A stretch of 63,921 bases of DNA, filler included, from Perkinsus chesapeaki ATCC PRA-425 (taxonomy: Eukaryota > Protista > Perkinsozoa): NCBI GenBank assembly GCA_013115145.1. It is 9 parts of 9 records of this genome, joined end to end, with 100 filler letters (N's around TTAATTAATTAA, not from the genome) between each part and the next. Parts side by side here need not be neighbours in the genome. Positions count along the whole stretch, not along the records: positions 10,218 to 18,931 come from JAAPAO010000959.1; positions 19,032 to 22,917 come from JAAPAO010001347.1; positions 23,018 to 30,697 come from JAAPAO010001017.1; 6 more parts are not named here. One strand, 5' to 3'. This document shows, piece by piece, positions 12,628 to 24,713 of the stretch (positions are counted from its first letter, which is position 1; the number at the start of each line of letters is the position of its first letter). A program made the translations under genes and the position numbers. The notes beneath the pieces were generated by a model. It had not been told where the DNA came from. It ran no database searches and saw only the letters and a list, made by a program, of their open reading frames with translations.

Positions 12628-15600
12628 CCATCATCACCATTTTTATCATCCAGTGATGGTGGCATTATCATCGATGAACGGCAATCACCGATAGAAGAAG
12701 ATGTTAATAATAAATATATAACTCCATTAAAAGATAAGGGTAAGGTAATAAAGGGGGAGGATGGTGGAGGAAGGGGGGAGGGATATAATAATATTAAGGT
12801 AATAATAGATGATGGAATAATATAGATACTAATTTGGAAGTGTAAATGGTTATGATTATATTAATAATAACCATATTACTAGATACCACCATTACAGGGA
12901 TTTCCAATTAATAATACAATAAATAGTAATACTCTATAATAGTAGTATTAGAGAGGGTTTTATTTAGATAATATATCATCAAATGATAATATAATAGATC
13001 TTGATGAGATTGATGCACGTTTAAGGAAAGTATTATCAACAACAAGGGGTAGGGGGAAAGAGCCGCAGCAGCAGCAGAAGGAAATAAGAAGAAGAACTAG
13101 TAGAGATTATGGTGATGATGATAGTATAATAGAAGGGAAAATGATAGTAATAATAATGGGTATATAATGGATATATTATTATATATATTAGGATAATAAT
13201 AATAATAATGGTGAATTAAGGAAAGCTAAGTAGTATTATTATTGTTGCTATTGTTATTATTATTAAATATTGATAGTATCAGATTTACTATCGATGCTCT
13301 GTTATGTGAAAAAGAGGAATTAATAGGAACAATACGTACATTAAATAATAATAACCAAGAACATGACAATGATAATAATAATAAATTATCATATAATACA
13401 CCACCACCAGCAGCAGCAATATGTAATTATAGTATTAGAGATATAATAATATTATTAATATAAGGTGGTGGTAAAGATGATATATATACAAAAATAACAA
13501 CAACAGCAGCAACAAGAACAAGTAGTAGTAGTAATAATAGGTCATTATATACATTAAAGAAGGTAATAACATTAATTATATAATTTATAATTATTATTAT
13601 TAGAATACCTATCCATTTAATGAGTTGGCTGAGATAGGAGGAGAAGGAGGAGGAGGAGGACATAGCTATGGGGATGCAATGGGGATGATGATGCAAAGGG
13701 GAACATCAAGAAGATCTACTACTATAATAGCTATGGAAAAGGATAATGAGGATTTATTTAATGAGAATATTATATTACGTAGGAATCTCGATGAAGCTTT
13801 AAAAGTAGTAATAGTATTTAGTAGATTTATTAATCTTAATAATAGTAGTAGGCATGTGCTGATTTAGAAGAACAATTGGGGTACGCTAAACTAGAAATGG
13901 CAAAATTAAATAAAGAAAGAGATGATGCTGAAGCTGATAATGAATATTATGAATGGGTATTATATACTAATAGGGATTCATTTAATAATACAACACATAA
14001 CCAGCAGCAGCAGCAGGCAAGAATGACAATACATAATAAAAGGGGACGAAGGTCAATAAAGGGGAGGAGGAGGAGCAAGGATAATATAGCATTAAATAAT
14101 AATACATGATATTATGATGATTATTATTATTATACATATATAAGTAAACTTTCTAATAATAATAATATTATTGTTGTTATGTTTTATTATATATTTAATA
14201 TAGTTGATGTAATGATATGAGTAATGTAATAGATGATAATAATAATGAAGAGGAGGAGGAAGAAGACGAAGAGTTAATAAAAGGGAAATCGGGGAAGAAG
14301 AGATTATCGTCGTCTTATTGGATGTTATTAGAGACCTTTAAAAATGTATTAAATAAATGTTTATTGAATAATATTGATAAATATTATAATGTAATAATAC
14401 TACTGCTGCTTTATGATGATGATGATATTATTAATAGTAGGTGAGAATTGATATAACAAATACTAAAGATGGTGTGGATTTGGTTAATATATTACGATTA
14501 TTATTATTGTCATTGTTTAATGATAATAATAACAACATTGAAAAGTTAAGAAGTAGTAGTAACATCAGGAGCAGGATGTTGTTAGTAACTAATAGTGGTG
14601 GTGGTGGTATTGATTTACCGATGCCACTGAAGTATATATTTCATAATGATGATGAATTTATAATATATATATTACTAATAACATCATCATCAACATCAAC
14701 ACCACCACCGAAGATGGGAGATAGTAACAATAATAATACTGTTGTTGATGATGATGGCGGCGGCGTTGACTATGGTGGTTTTTTGGTGAATATTATTAGA
14801 AATATATTAATAATAAATAGGACAAGGTAATAGTAATATATTGAATTAGGATTAATAATAATAGCAGGTATAATAATGAGCATGACGATAATAATAATAC
14901 TATGATAAATATGAAATTAAAAGCATTACAAACTGCAATAGATTTAACATTTAAAAATAATAAAGTTAGAGGAAAAATATTAATAGATGTAAGCAGCGGT
15001 GTATGATGATGCACCACCACCACCATCAGTAGCGGCGGCATATTATTATGAACATGTTATTGTTAGGTAACATCAATATATATTAATAATAGGATATTAC
15101 ATATAACAATGGTATTAAGAGAATTAATGATGAGGTGGAGTATGATGAGGAGTAGGAAGGGGGGATATAATGTTAACGAGTATTATAATAATAATACATC
15201 ATCATCATCATCATCGTCATCATTATGGTATATGAAGATGATGTTACCAGAAGATATAACGTTATATAATAATAAGGCTTCTGGGATTAATATAGAAGAC
15301 AGGGGTGATGATGATGATGGTAATAAGCATTATAATATTACTGATGTTATTAATAATAATTTTAGATTATGGTGATTATATTAATGAATGTTATAATAAT
15401 TATATCATTAATATATGTAAAATATTAATAAATGGTAGTGATGATGATTATGAGAAGGATGAGGTCGATAATATTAATGATGATAGTAGTTTGATGATAA
15501 ATGACGAAGTGGATAGTTGTTATTATAATGATGATAATGTCTTTGGTGGTGGTGGTGTTGGAATGGATAATAATGAAGTAATAGGGACATCTACAACAAC

Positions 15601-16096
15601 AATATCATCATTATATAATAATAATGATGTTGATATTATATTACAAGAAGGAGGAGGATCGGATGATGATTATAATAAAATCGATATTAATAGCCCTATT
15701 ACTACTACTTCTAATGATGAATATTATAATAATATTATTATAGTACAATCGCCAACAACATTATGGAAGATATATTGTGATTATACAATAACAGATTATA
15801 AAAGTATATTAAATGATAATATTACACTACTAAAGCAGCAGCAGGAGGAGGATGATGAGGATGATGATGATAATCGACAAGTCTACCAAGAAGTAGTAGT
15901 AGATGGTGGTGGTCATGATGATGACATACATGATAATAATAACAACAGTCTTGTGGCTTTATGGAATAATATTAAAGATGATGATGAAGGAGGAGGAGGA
16001 GAGTTGGTGGGTAGTGAAGGTGGAGGGGATAATAATAGTAATATGGAGGATGATGATGTTAGTTATTATAGTAATAATAATTTATATATTAGATAA
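12592..16096 (+). CDS. Low-complexity, coiled-coil upstream exons, probably of the Rubicon-homology gene
   Basis: Chain of AT-rich + strand ORF segments with N/D/E/S homopolymers and heptad-like stretches (EKEELIGTIRTL; ENIILRRNLDEALK; KLEMAKLNKERDDAEADN). Exon structure not resolved. Confidence 0.4.
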
Positions 16097-16107
16097 TTCA
16101 TATAATA

Positions 16108-17061
16108 TTGGATTCAGATACAACATCAATAATAACATCAACATCAACATCAGCAGTAGAAGTAGGGCCAGTGAAAGTAAATAATAATAATGGATATTAT
16201 AATAATAACTATTATTATGGTGTAGTATTAAGATGGTCATTAGATGTACCCAAACGTGATACTAAAGCATCATTACTAATTAAACAAAATGGTAAATGCC
16301 CAGGTTGTGGTGATAATCTACCAGATACATTATTAAATCAACCAAGGTATTGTAATTATACTGGTATGTTATTCTGTCATAAATGTCATATTAATGATGG
16401 TAGAGTTATACCGGGTAAAGCTATTAAAGAGAATGATTATTTAGAATATAAAGTATCAATTGTTGCTGCTGAATTCTTAGATAGTCAATCATTATTACCA
16501 TTATTAACAATAGGTTGTGAAGTATTCCCTAAACATAATACATTATTATATAAAATACATATAATGAGATTATGTTTACATAAGATAAGAGATATGCCAT
16601 TATGTACAGCATATAATATAGCACAATTTAATATTGATACAACACAACAATTACCATCACATATTATGAATAATACGATATCATATTCATTAAGAGATCT
16701 AATTGATATAAATAAATCAGCAGCAGCAGCAGGAGCAGGAGCAGGAGGTGCGGGAGGAGGAGGAACAGGTTGTTGTAAATTGGGTTATGTTATGGGTAAT
16801 ATTATTAATAAATGGGTAATACATGTATGGTCATGTAATGAATGTATTAATAATCATTCTGGTTTATGTAATATTTGTAATTCTTTAATACCAATATTTC
16901 CATTTAATATACGCCATTATTATAGATGTTATAATTGTAATACTATTTATCATAAACAATGTTTACAAAGATCTAACAATCAATGTCCTAAATGCTCTAC
17001 AACAATTCCTGAACCACCACCACCTCCAGCCCCAGCAGCTACTGGTGTTGGTTATTATTAA
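16108..17061 (+). CDS. Rubicon-homology (RH, Def8/PLEKHM1-like) zinc-binding domain, terminal exon
   Basis: QNGKCPGCG...PRYCNYTGMLFCHKCH...RVIP...YKVS...SYSLRDL...HVWSCNEC...CNIC..IFPF....RCYNCNTIYHKQC...CPKC is the characteristic RH-domain Cys/His pattern. Confidence 0.88.
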   Translation: MDSDTTSIITSTSTSAVEVGPVKVNNNNGYYNNNYYYGVVLRWSLDVPKRDTKASLLIKQNGKCPGCGDNLPDTLLNQPRYCNYTGMLFCHKCHINDGRVIPGKAIKENDYLEYKVSIVAAEFLDSQSLLPLLTIGCEVFPKHNTLLYKIHIMRLCLHKIRDMPLCTAYNIAQFNIDTTQQLPSHIMNNTISYSLRDLIDINKSAAAAGAGAGGAGGGGTGCCKLGYVMGNIINKWVIHVWSCNECINNHSGLCNICNSLIPIFPFNIRHYYRCYNCNTIYHKQCLQRSNNQCPKCSTTIPEPPPPPAPAATGVGYY

Positions 17062-17474
17062 TATATATTATTGTTTCTATAATATTTACCAATACCACTA
17101 AATCACATAATTATTGTGTTAATAATCTCAATAATCTTAACAATAATAGACTATGACTACTACGATGACACTAGTATCAACTTAGCTATTAAACCCCCTT
17201 CATTAGCCTCATTCTGCTGATAATAAAACAATAAGAAGATTCACCCTACCCATATTATCAGACTACCGCAACAACAACACCTGGTACCTAGGGTGTTCCT
17301 AGTTCACCACCTTTGGGCGGGATACGAGGCGTCGTCGTCGTTATTGTTATTGTTGGGGTTGTTGTTAATAGCGCTCGCCCATATAATCGATCATTATTTG
17401 CTTTATCTCTCGTAGTAGTTGTGTTGTATTTTTCTAACATCGTATTCCTACTCCTACTTGTTGTTGTTTATACT

Positions 17475-18031
17475 ATGTTGAACGTTTCACGTGCCAATCT
17501 TAGCGGTGGTGGTATGGCTGAACAATTATTTCCTGGTTATAAAGATAAGATATGGGCAATGATACCACCACAATATAAACTTATGAAAATAAATATGGAT
17601 AATAATATATTTGAGAAGGCTATTAATAAACATAAAACATTTCAGAAAAGGTTTATATCGTATAAAGATATAGAAAGTAGATTAAGACCATGTGAAAAAT
17701 ATAGAAAACCATCAGTTGATTGGAGGAGGCAAGAGGCAAGAGGAACATTATATATTGGTAGATGGTAATAATAGATATTAGACGGTATTAATAATATATA
17801 GTTAATATTAGGTACGAAGGGCCTAATAATACTGATTATCGTCCTGGTAAAACGTTTGATAGAATGAGGGAATTAATACCATATAATGATGAAGAATGGT
17901 TAAAAAGACAAGAATACAGAAGTTGGAATGGTGTTAAATTTATTATAACATGTTGGGGTATATGGATGGGTTGGAAGATGACACAAACATATCCAATAGT
18001 ATGGTGTGAAGAAGGGCAAGAAGAAGAATGA
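17475..18031 (+). CDS. Conserved small protein with one C-terminal TM helix; candidate myzozoan mitochondrial (Cg8/ApiCox-like) subunit
   Basis: Two exons (17475-17764, 17812-18031; 47-nt GT-AG intron) give about 170 aa: MLNVSRANLSGGGMAEQLFPGYKDKIW...WRRQEARGTLYIGRW|YEGPNNTDYRPG...GVKFIITCWGIWMGWKMTQTYPIVW. It lacks the homopolymers of its neighbours, suggesting constraint. The family assignment is from recall and is uncertain. Confidence 0.6.
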
Positions 18032-18205
18032 TGAAGATGATGATAGTAGTTGTTAGATAATAGGTCGTGGTTTACTTATTGTGTTATTATTGTGTTATTA
18101 GTTTATATTATTAATAATATTTATTATAGTTATATATAACAATACACAATATTAATATTTTTAAATGATTATGAAGGAAGGAGGGGGGAATATAATAGTA
18201 TAATA

Positions 18206-18931
18206 ATGTTGGATAATACTACCTATAATAATATTACTCCTATACTATCAATACCATCATACCGTATATTATATAATAATAATATAACAACAGCAATAAT
18301 AGGTTGTTATATACAAGAAGAATATGATTATGGTGATGGTGATGATTTTGTAATAATAAATTATAATGACATACAAGATAAATTATATGAGCGGCGGTGG
18401 CGGCGGTATAATAATAAAAAGGAAAGGATGCGATCATCATTATCATCATCATTAATGATAGGTTTAAATAATAATATAATAGTATTAGGTAATATAGGGT
18501 CATGGAGTAGATGGTGGTGGAGGGGGGACTTAGGGAGGGTGTATATAAAGTATCTATTATATTGTTATTATTATTGGTTATTTATTAAATTATCATTATA
18601 TACACATAGTAGGTGTAAATTATTAGATATTATTATACAGGATAGGAATGATAATAATATCAACGATATAACTATATACGATAGTGATGATACTGATGAA
18701 GATGATAATGGTGGTGGTGATACAGCAATAATATTATTATATAATAGGATAACACCAATACCATCATGGGGGGAGGGTATATATAATGATAAAAAAGGGT
18801 TACTACGACCATCGACTATATCATATGAACCTAAATTAATATTTAATAAAGAGGAGGAGTGGGATAATAATAATAAGGAGGAGGAGGAGGGGTGGGATAA
18901 TAATAATAAGGAGGAGGAGGAGGAGTGGGAT
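18206..18931 (+). CDS. AT-rich hypothetical coding fragments ending in a (EEEEWDNNNK)n repeat, truncated by scaffold end
   Basis: ORF is open to the spacer. A 33-36-bp tandem unit GAGGAGGAGTGGGATAATAATAATAAG occupies 18851-18931. Low complexity makes the ORF partly uninformative. Confidence 0.3.
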
Positions 18932-19031
18932 NNNNNNNNNNNNNNNNNNNNNNNNNNNNNNNNNNNNNNNNNNNNTTAATTAATTAANNNNNNNNNNNNN
19001 NNNNNNNNNNNNNNNNNNNNNNNNNNNNNNN
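18932..19031. other. Artificial scaffold spacer
   Basis: N44-TTAATTAATTAA-N44. Confidence 0.98.
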
Positions 19032-19498
19032 TAAAGTAGTACAGGCCTTGGCGCCAGCCGGGGTATTGACTACTGGGAGTATGGGCACCAACTTCCTGGA
19101 CAAAATGTGCGAACATCGTGGCCAACTCGCGCAGGCAGACTTCATCTTTGGTCATATCCTCCGATCCGACATCATCACAGAACTTTGGCCACTTAGCCAC
19201 GGCCTTGAGGAAGTTTTGGTAAAGAGTATGGTCCTTCACCAACACCCTTCCCTTCATTTGCCAAAGGAAAGAGATACGAGAATGCACTCTCGTTGACTAG
19301 ACGTTGAACTCTTTGACAATTTGCAGCATCTTTAATATCGTCATCGTTTGGCACACCATCTAACCGCAGAGTGCGAGATAACATGTGTTTCGCTGTCTCC
19401 GGCAATGGTGGACGTTTAGAGGGGTCACATTCACGTCCTTCTAGCGGAGTTGTTACGAGAACGTAGAACAGAATTACTGAGATGGCGACACTGTTCAT
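19032..19498 (-). CDS. Secreted GH19 chitinase (bacterial-like), 5' part, with a 1-nt frameshift; truncated by scaffold end
   Basis: Signal peptide MNSVAISVILFYVLVTT, then ANCQRVQRLVNESAFSYLFPLA...GPY. After removing one T at 19221-19223 it reads SYQNFLKAVAKWPKFC...CLRELATMFAHFVQEVGAH...WRQGLYYF, the GH19 catalytic helix (FAHxxQE). Confidence 0.8.
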
Positions 19499-21499
19499 TC
19501 TAAAAGAGAACTATGCACTGAAAACCAACTCACACTGGAACACGCAACTTCTACCACTGGCGGACACCAACCGCTATCAAAATTTGAAATCGTAGTCCAT
19601 GCTCGGAGTAGTAATCAAAAGAATACCTGCAACGCAATTCAGGGGGATAATGCAAAGGAGAGGTTATTCAGGCACACTTCAATGGGATAATCGAAAGGGC
19701 AAGGGTGACACTAGCTGATCTGCTTATGACCAAACCGCTGTCACGCAAATTCATGAGTTTTTTTGTAGGCAGGTTTTCCCTCACAACGACAATTCTCCGC
19801 ATATTTGGTTCACTAACAATCGGCATCATTATTTTCATATACAACAGCGCGGCATATCTGATTCTTTCGATGCTAAGATTGAACGTTTAGACTCCAAACT
19901 TGACGACAGGGCCCCTGCCATGGAGACCATCTCAGGCCTAGGCGAAATAGACAACGGCTTGAGATTCCACGCCGAGATGCTCGGCCCGAGGAGATATAGA
20001 CTGAATTAGTCTGGCTTATATGGGCTGGAAGAACAACTGAAGCTAGACAGAGGTAACATTGCTCGGTGTACTAGGGCCGGCGGGCCCAAGCTACCCGAAA
20101 AATCCTTATTTGGGTACGCACTGCGCCGCACGCAGTCGCTACTAGCTACTACGCGCAGTAGCGATATTAGGTAGCAGCATGTGGAGCAAACCCGCTCGGA
20201 TTCAGAAGTTCTGGCTTAGGTGGGCCACATCGCAGATGTATCAGCTGCCTACGTTCGCTATAGGTGGTCGTCATATACTTTCACAAATGTCCAAGCACAA
20301 CCCAACTGAAGACATTGGGGAGACACTTAGGCCTCAGCGTTCTCCCTTAGGCCGCAGCTCCGCGTGCTCCCCCCTATAGGGAGAGTGTTATGGTTTCTGT
20401 AGTTCGAGCTATATATAGCTCTCCCTGGCTCAATCGAACTGTGGTGCTTGTTCCGCCCTTCGATCCAAAGAACCACTCCATTCAATGCAGGACAACGCAT
20501 GCGTGCGTGACCTTCAAATTCTACGCACACACAAGCATGTTGTGCGGAATATTTCGCTGAAGGAGCGAGTAGATGTTAGATATATCGTGAATATATAGGA
20601 GCTTGAATCGCAGCAGAGAATCACTCGCTATGAGTAGACAAGCGTCGTGCTAGAGGACCTATTTAGGTTATAGGGCACTACGCGGTGATGTGAGCCTGCT
20701 GTAGAATTATACGTGGTCCATGAGCTCTAGGCGTGTAATTTAAAACCCTATACTGAAGGTTTTGTCAGAGCTGATAACTGAAGACCTATCCTTTTCGATA
20801 TTATCATGCTCTTCGCCTTTGCTATGGAATGCATACAACTCATATTAGACAGTCTGCATCGAGAGTAGGTCGGCGGGGTCGCACCCTGAACTCCAACCTT
20901 GCTCTCTGCTCGGACGTGTCCTTGTGACGCCAACGTTCTTCCTGATAGCCTTACTTTTCTTGAATATTATTTTGCCGCTCTTCCTTACATTGGCCGATGC
21001 TGGAAAGCACCCGCCCACAGCGTCGTTAGGACATGAACACGCGTCTTGGATCAAGGAATCCCCACAGGATGATTTTTCACTCGAAGATTACCGCACCTTG
21101 AGGCTTTGCGTGGGTTTGTGGCCTGACGATTGGTGCTTGATGATTGACGATCAACGTCGATCGACGCTATTGGTAGGTGATGACAGACTTGTAACACAAT
21201 TCCAAAGGCTTTATACAAATAAGTGCTTAGAAGGCAGGCAATACAGCTTCAAGGTACAATAGCTTGAGACCTCGGAGACAAGCAAGGCGAAGCTAGCTCC
21301 TTACCAACAGCACGGATAAAAGATTCCAACGAAGCTTCTCTTACCACTCCCACCGAACGTGTGCGCACTCAGGCAATTCGCACAGTGAGTGCTGTACCTG
21401 CGACCGACTACAACTGCAGGGGGATGTAAAGACTCGTAGTTACATGTGACCGAACAGAATCGATCTATGTACAATATAACAGACACACAGCTACAAACG

Positions 21500-22917
21500 G
21501 TAGAGGCAGTGATTGTTGGGTTTCCACCAGAAGACGAGTGGCTCTATCCCGCTACGGCTACAAGCGCCACAAATATACACTGAGATTCTTTCATGCATAT
21601 CCCCCTCAACATTGCGCTCGACTGCAACTCTGGCTTACAACCGCGGTGGTAATGTCTGTCTGAGCTTCGAAACTTCGTCCACTTCCATACAGGGTACTGC
21701 CAAAGACGGGCTCGCCTATTGAGACCTCGATTGGCAGATTTCTTCGGGAAAGCACGTTATCCCCGGATTCATGATCCTCGCACTCTGCTCAGTGTGTCGT
21801 TGCGTAGAACGGAAACGGAATAATGTTACATACCGCTCGTGCTCAACAACGGAAGTACAAATCCAGTAGCACATCTCTCTGTGCAGCCACTTCTTCGCTG
21901 AATTGGAAATCGAAGCCCAATCCAAATATCAAAGGGTTACGGCGTCACAACGAGCATGCCGAAAGGTTCTGAATTAGGAAGGAAATTCCACAAAATCCTC
22001 CTTACATTTTGTATTATAGATTTTATTTGCTGTATCAAATCGTTGAGGAAATTGTAGGGCTCGGGTGCAGATAGCCAGCGATATTACTATAATGGCTGCA
22101 AGTGTATCTCAAGCCCGTTAAGAACCATTCCCGGCAGCATACAGATGTTCCATAAGTGTTCACCACAGGATTCTTTCTATCCAACTTGGGACGGCATGCA
22201 CAAGGTGTGCGGAGGGTATCAAGTAAAGTCTCCGAGACTTAGTCTCGGATCGAGACTCGCTATGGGTTACCGATTGAATCGGAGCTCACTACGCTTTATT
22301 GCTCGATCTCCTCGATTGAATAAGGGACAATGCCACGGTGAGACAGTCCAGGGATATCCTACTATGATCATGTTAATCATTCCAAGGGTGACTTATGAAA
22401 ATAATGGAGTACGTGACAAGTTTCACTCTTTACCGTGAACGACGCTGAGAAGGGAGGATCTCCTCAAAGGCTGCACTTCGGCTCGATGAACCATATAGAG
22501 CCAATCACAATATGTAAGCCATCTTGTGGACCCATCTTTTGTGACATGCCCGCCCGGGTTAGACGGTTGAAAATGGAGAAAGTCTATATTCAAAGAGACT
22601 AGACGCAACTTCACACAAACAGAGATAGCCGTATTCAAAACAGCGATACAAGTATTGCTGCTATGATCAAAAGTAGTATTGGAATTGATATTGAAGCGAA
22701 GGTTCGGCCGTACGAACAACTTCGATTTCATCAGATAGGGTTATACTGAAAGGAGCTTCGGCTTCTGGTGAACTTCCTCGACTGATAGTCTACCTGGACA
22801 TATGTATACACCCACAATACGGGGCATTGGCGTGGGTGGGGTCATCGAAAATAGAGAAGGCGGATTGGTACGACACCAGTTCACAGTTCTTACTCTCGTT
22901 CTTCCAGACCCAGTATT
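21500..22917 (-). CDS. Possible multi-exon hypothetical gene, truncated at scaffold end
   Basis: Exon-like segments (YWVWKNESKNCELVSYQSAFSIFDDPTHANAPYCG; GLGFDFQFSEEVAAQRDVLLDLYFR; GEPVFGSTLYGSGRSFEAQTDITTAV). No known domain. Confidence 0.25.
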
Positions 22918-23017
22918 NNNNNNNNNNNNNNNNNNNNNNNNNNNNNNNNNNNNNNNNNNNNTTAATTAATTAANNNNNNNNNNNNNNNNNNNNNNNNNNN
23001 NNNNNNNNNNNNNNNNN
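22918..23017. other. Artificial scaffold spacer
   Basis: N44-TTAATTAATTAA-N44. Confidence 0.98.
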
Positions 23018-23430
23018 GAGAGCTTAAACTTGTGTAGTCTTATTGCTAACAAGTGGTTGGCTAATCGCACTTGCCGTGAACATGCCTCCCCAACCCACGC
23101 ACCTAGTCTGAGGACAGCGAAGCTCGGAGGCTATCGAATGAGGGATAACGAAGCATACCCCACTCCAGGCCTACTAGCGTAGGTCTCGGCCTGAGTGAGG
23201 CAGCTGATGAGCATAGATGTCTAACTGTCAGGCTCTGACATGCTTTCTTTTCCGGAACGCCTGACACGAGGTCGTTGTTTCGTAACTACGGTTTAAGGTT
23301 TATTGACAACACTACAGGTATCCGATAAACGGAAACACTCATTCTCATATGGAGCTAGTTACTTCTCATACTTGTTGGTTTTAATAAAGGTTCTGATAGT
23401 GATTGGTGGGCTTACAGTTGATCCTATCGT

Positions 23431-24618
23431 TTAGGGGTGCCAAGTTTCATACAAGTTATCGGCAAAGGTATCAATTCTATGATGAGAATTACGCAGGTAG
23501 ATTTTATCAAGGCATTCACTACTCGACCAACGACCATATTCTCCCAGCAATTGTAATGACCATCCTGCAGAGAAGCATGTCGAAGCTCCACTTCTTCGCA
23601 TTGAATGGGTACTAGCGTTGATGTCGGTGGAGCCCAGACAAGTGGACATAGCTTTACGCAGACCTGTAGAATATGCTTCTCTTGAAATATTAAACAAAGC
23701 ATCATCCGGGGAGTCTGCTAGGCGAGATCGTCGAAGAGCACGATGCGCTGCACATAGCGGAGATTGACACAAATAACTTTTGTTCTCCACAGTGTCTTCT
23801 GCTGAATATGCAGTTGGTGGTAATGACGTGCATGGGATTGGTCTGCGTGAACCTTGTCCACCAATATCAGTTTTCGACTTATTTATAAACACGATAATAC
23901 CCGTAGCATTGCCACCCTTAATAGTGAACCAGGCAGGATTTATATGTCCTGCTTTAAGAGCGAGGGCTTCACCAACACGCAGAAGGCCAACAGTACCAAG
24001 AATAAAAAGATCAGCAGCAACAGGGCTCAGAACATCCAGCGCCACAACTACAGACTCAATCTCGCTTTTTGATAAGGTAGCTGCTTGCCTTGTGGGTCCG
24101 TCAGTCAGCTTCTTGGCTGCTCGTAGAGCGAGATTAAGATTGAGCTTATCTTGCTCCGAAAGAACCAGTATTCCTTCACGAATCGCCCAGCGCTGAACAT
24201 GAGAGAGGTACTTTGTTATAGTTGAAAACTTATATTCAGAGCGAGCCATACAGCAAATCATAAGTGTCAAACTGTCGATAGTAACAGGCGTCGGGCTTAA
24301 CCGCTTGCTTTTTACAATAGTGACATAAAATCTTTGAGCGGTTTCAATCTGCTTATGAGTGCTCTGTGCATAAGCCGTAGATACAAAACCACTGATAGAT
24401 GATGCTGACATCTGAGGGGCTAACGCAATCGCGCGGGCCGCTTTGCTCTGCTTAGATTGGGTCAATGATGCCTTTGATACTCCCAAAGATAACCTTGAGC
24501 TTCGTGCAGAAGAATGTTGATTATGTGAAGAGCTCGCAGGAGAGCGCAAAGGCAACACTAAACCTGAGTAACTTGTCTTATTTGGCTGCCAATTAATACC
24601 ATTCAAAGGAGTCCACAT
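23431..24618 (-). CDS. Tyrosine recombinase of the retroelement (395 aa)
   Basis: Catalytic residues present: GLLRVGE (R), INKSKTD (K), THSMRRSGA (HxxR), GRWSS (W), KIYLR (Y). Confidence 0.93.
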   Translation of the reverse strand: MWTPLNGINWQPNKTSYSGLVLPLRSPASSSHNQHSSARSSRLSLGVSKASLTQSKQSKAARAIALAPQMSASSISGFVSTAYAQSTHKQIETAQRFYVTIVKSKRLSPTPVTIDSLTLMICCMARSEYKFSTITKYLSHVQRWAIREGILVLSEQDKLNLNLALRAAKKLTDGPTRQAATLSKSEIESVVVALDVLSPVAADLFILGTVGLLRVGEALALKAGHINPAWFTIKGGNATGIIVFINKSKTDIGGQGSRRPIPCTSLPPTAYSAEDTVENKSYLCQSPLCAAHRALRRSRLADSPDDALFNISREAYSTGLRKAMSTCLGSTDINASTHSMRRSGASTCFSAGWSLQLLGEYGRWSSSECLDKIYLRNSHHRIDTFADNLYETWHP

Positions 24619-24713
24619 CTTTGGGATTTGAAGGGAAAAACACTAAGAAGATAGGAATATAAGTCAGAATTCTATAATTCTAAGTAAGACAATAACTCAA
24701 CACTTCTTAGGAG

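Noticed and set aside
13242-16184. Many short alternative-frame ORFs rich in I/L/M/V runs in the AT-rich scaffold
   Set aside because: They arise from reading (AAT)n/(GAT)n microsatellites in other frames, so the apparent hydrophobic helices are artefacts.
17284-17303. GTACCTAG(GG)TGTTCCTAGT shared with 2674-2691 as a promoter motif
   Set aside because: Only two occurrences in different contexts, which is insufficient support.
23018-23430. Terminal repeats of the YR element (ITR or split direct repeats)
   Set aside because: By eye I found no convincing match to 28600-30697. The 3' end may be cut off by the scaffold boundary.
23780-24196. Long antisense ORFs (also 32862-33740, 44363-44797, 60074-60541, 27832-28227)
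   Set aside because: They are shadows of well-supported genes on the opposite strand and have no domain signal of their own.
23431-24618. Tyrosine recombinase as a prophage or integron integrase
   Set aside because: It is co-oriented with gag, RT and RNase H of DIRS type in a eukaryotic context, with no phage genes or att arrays.
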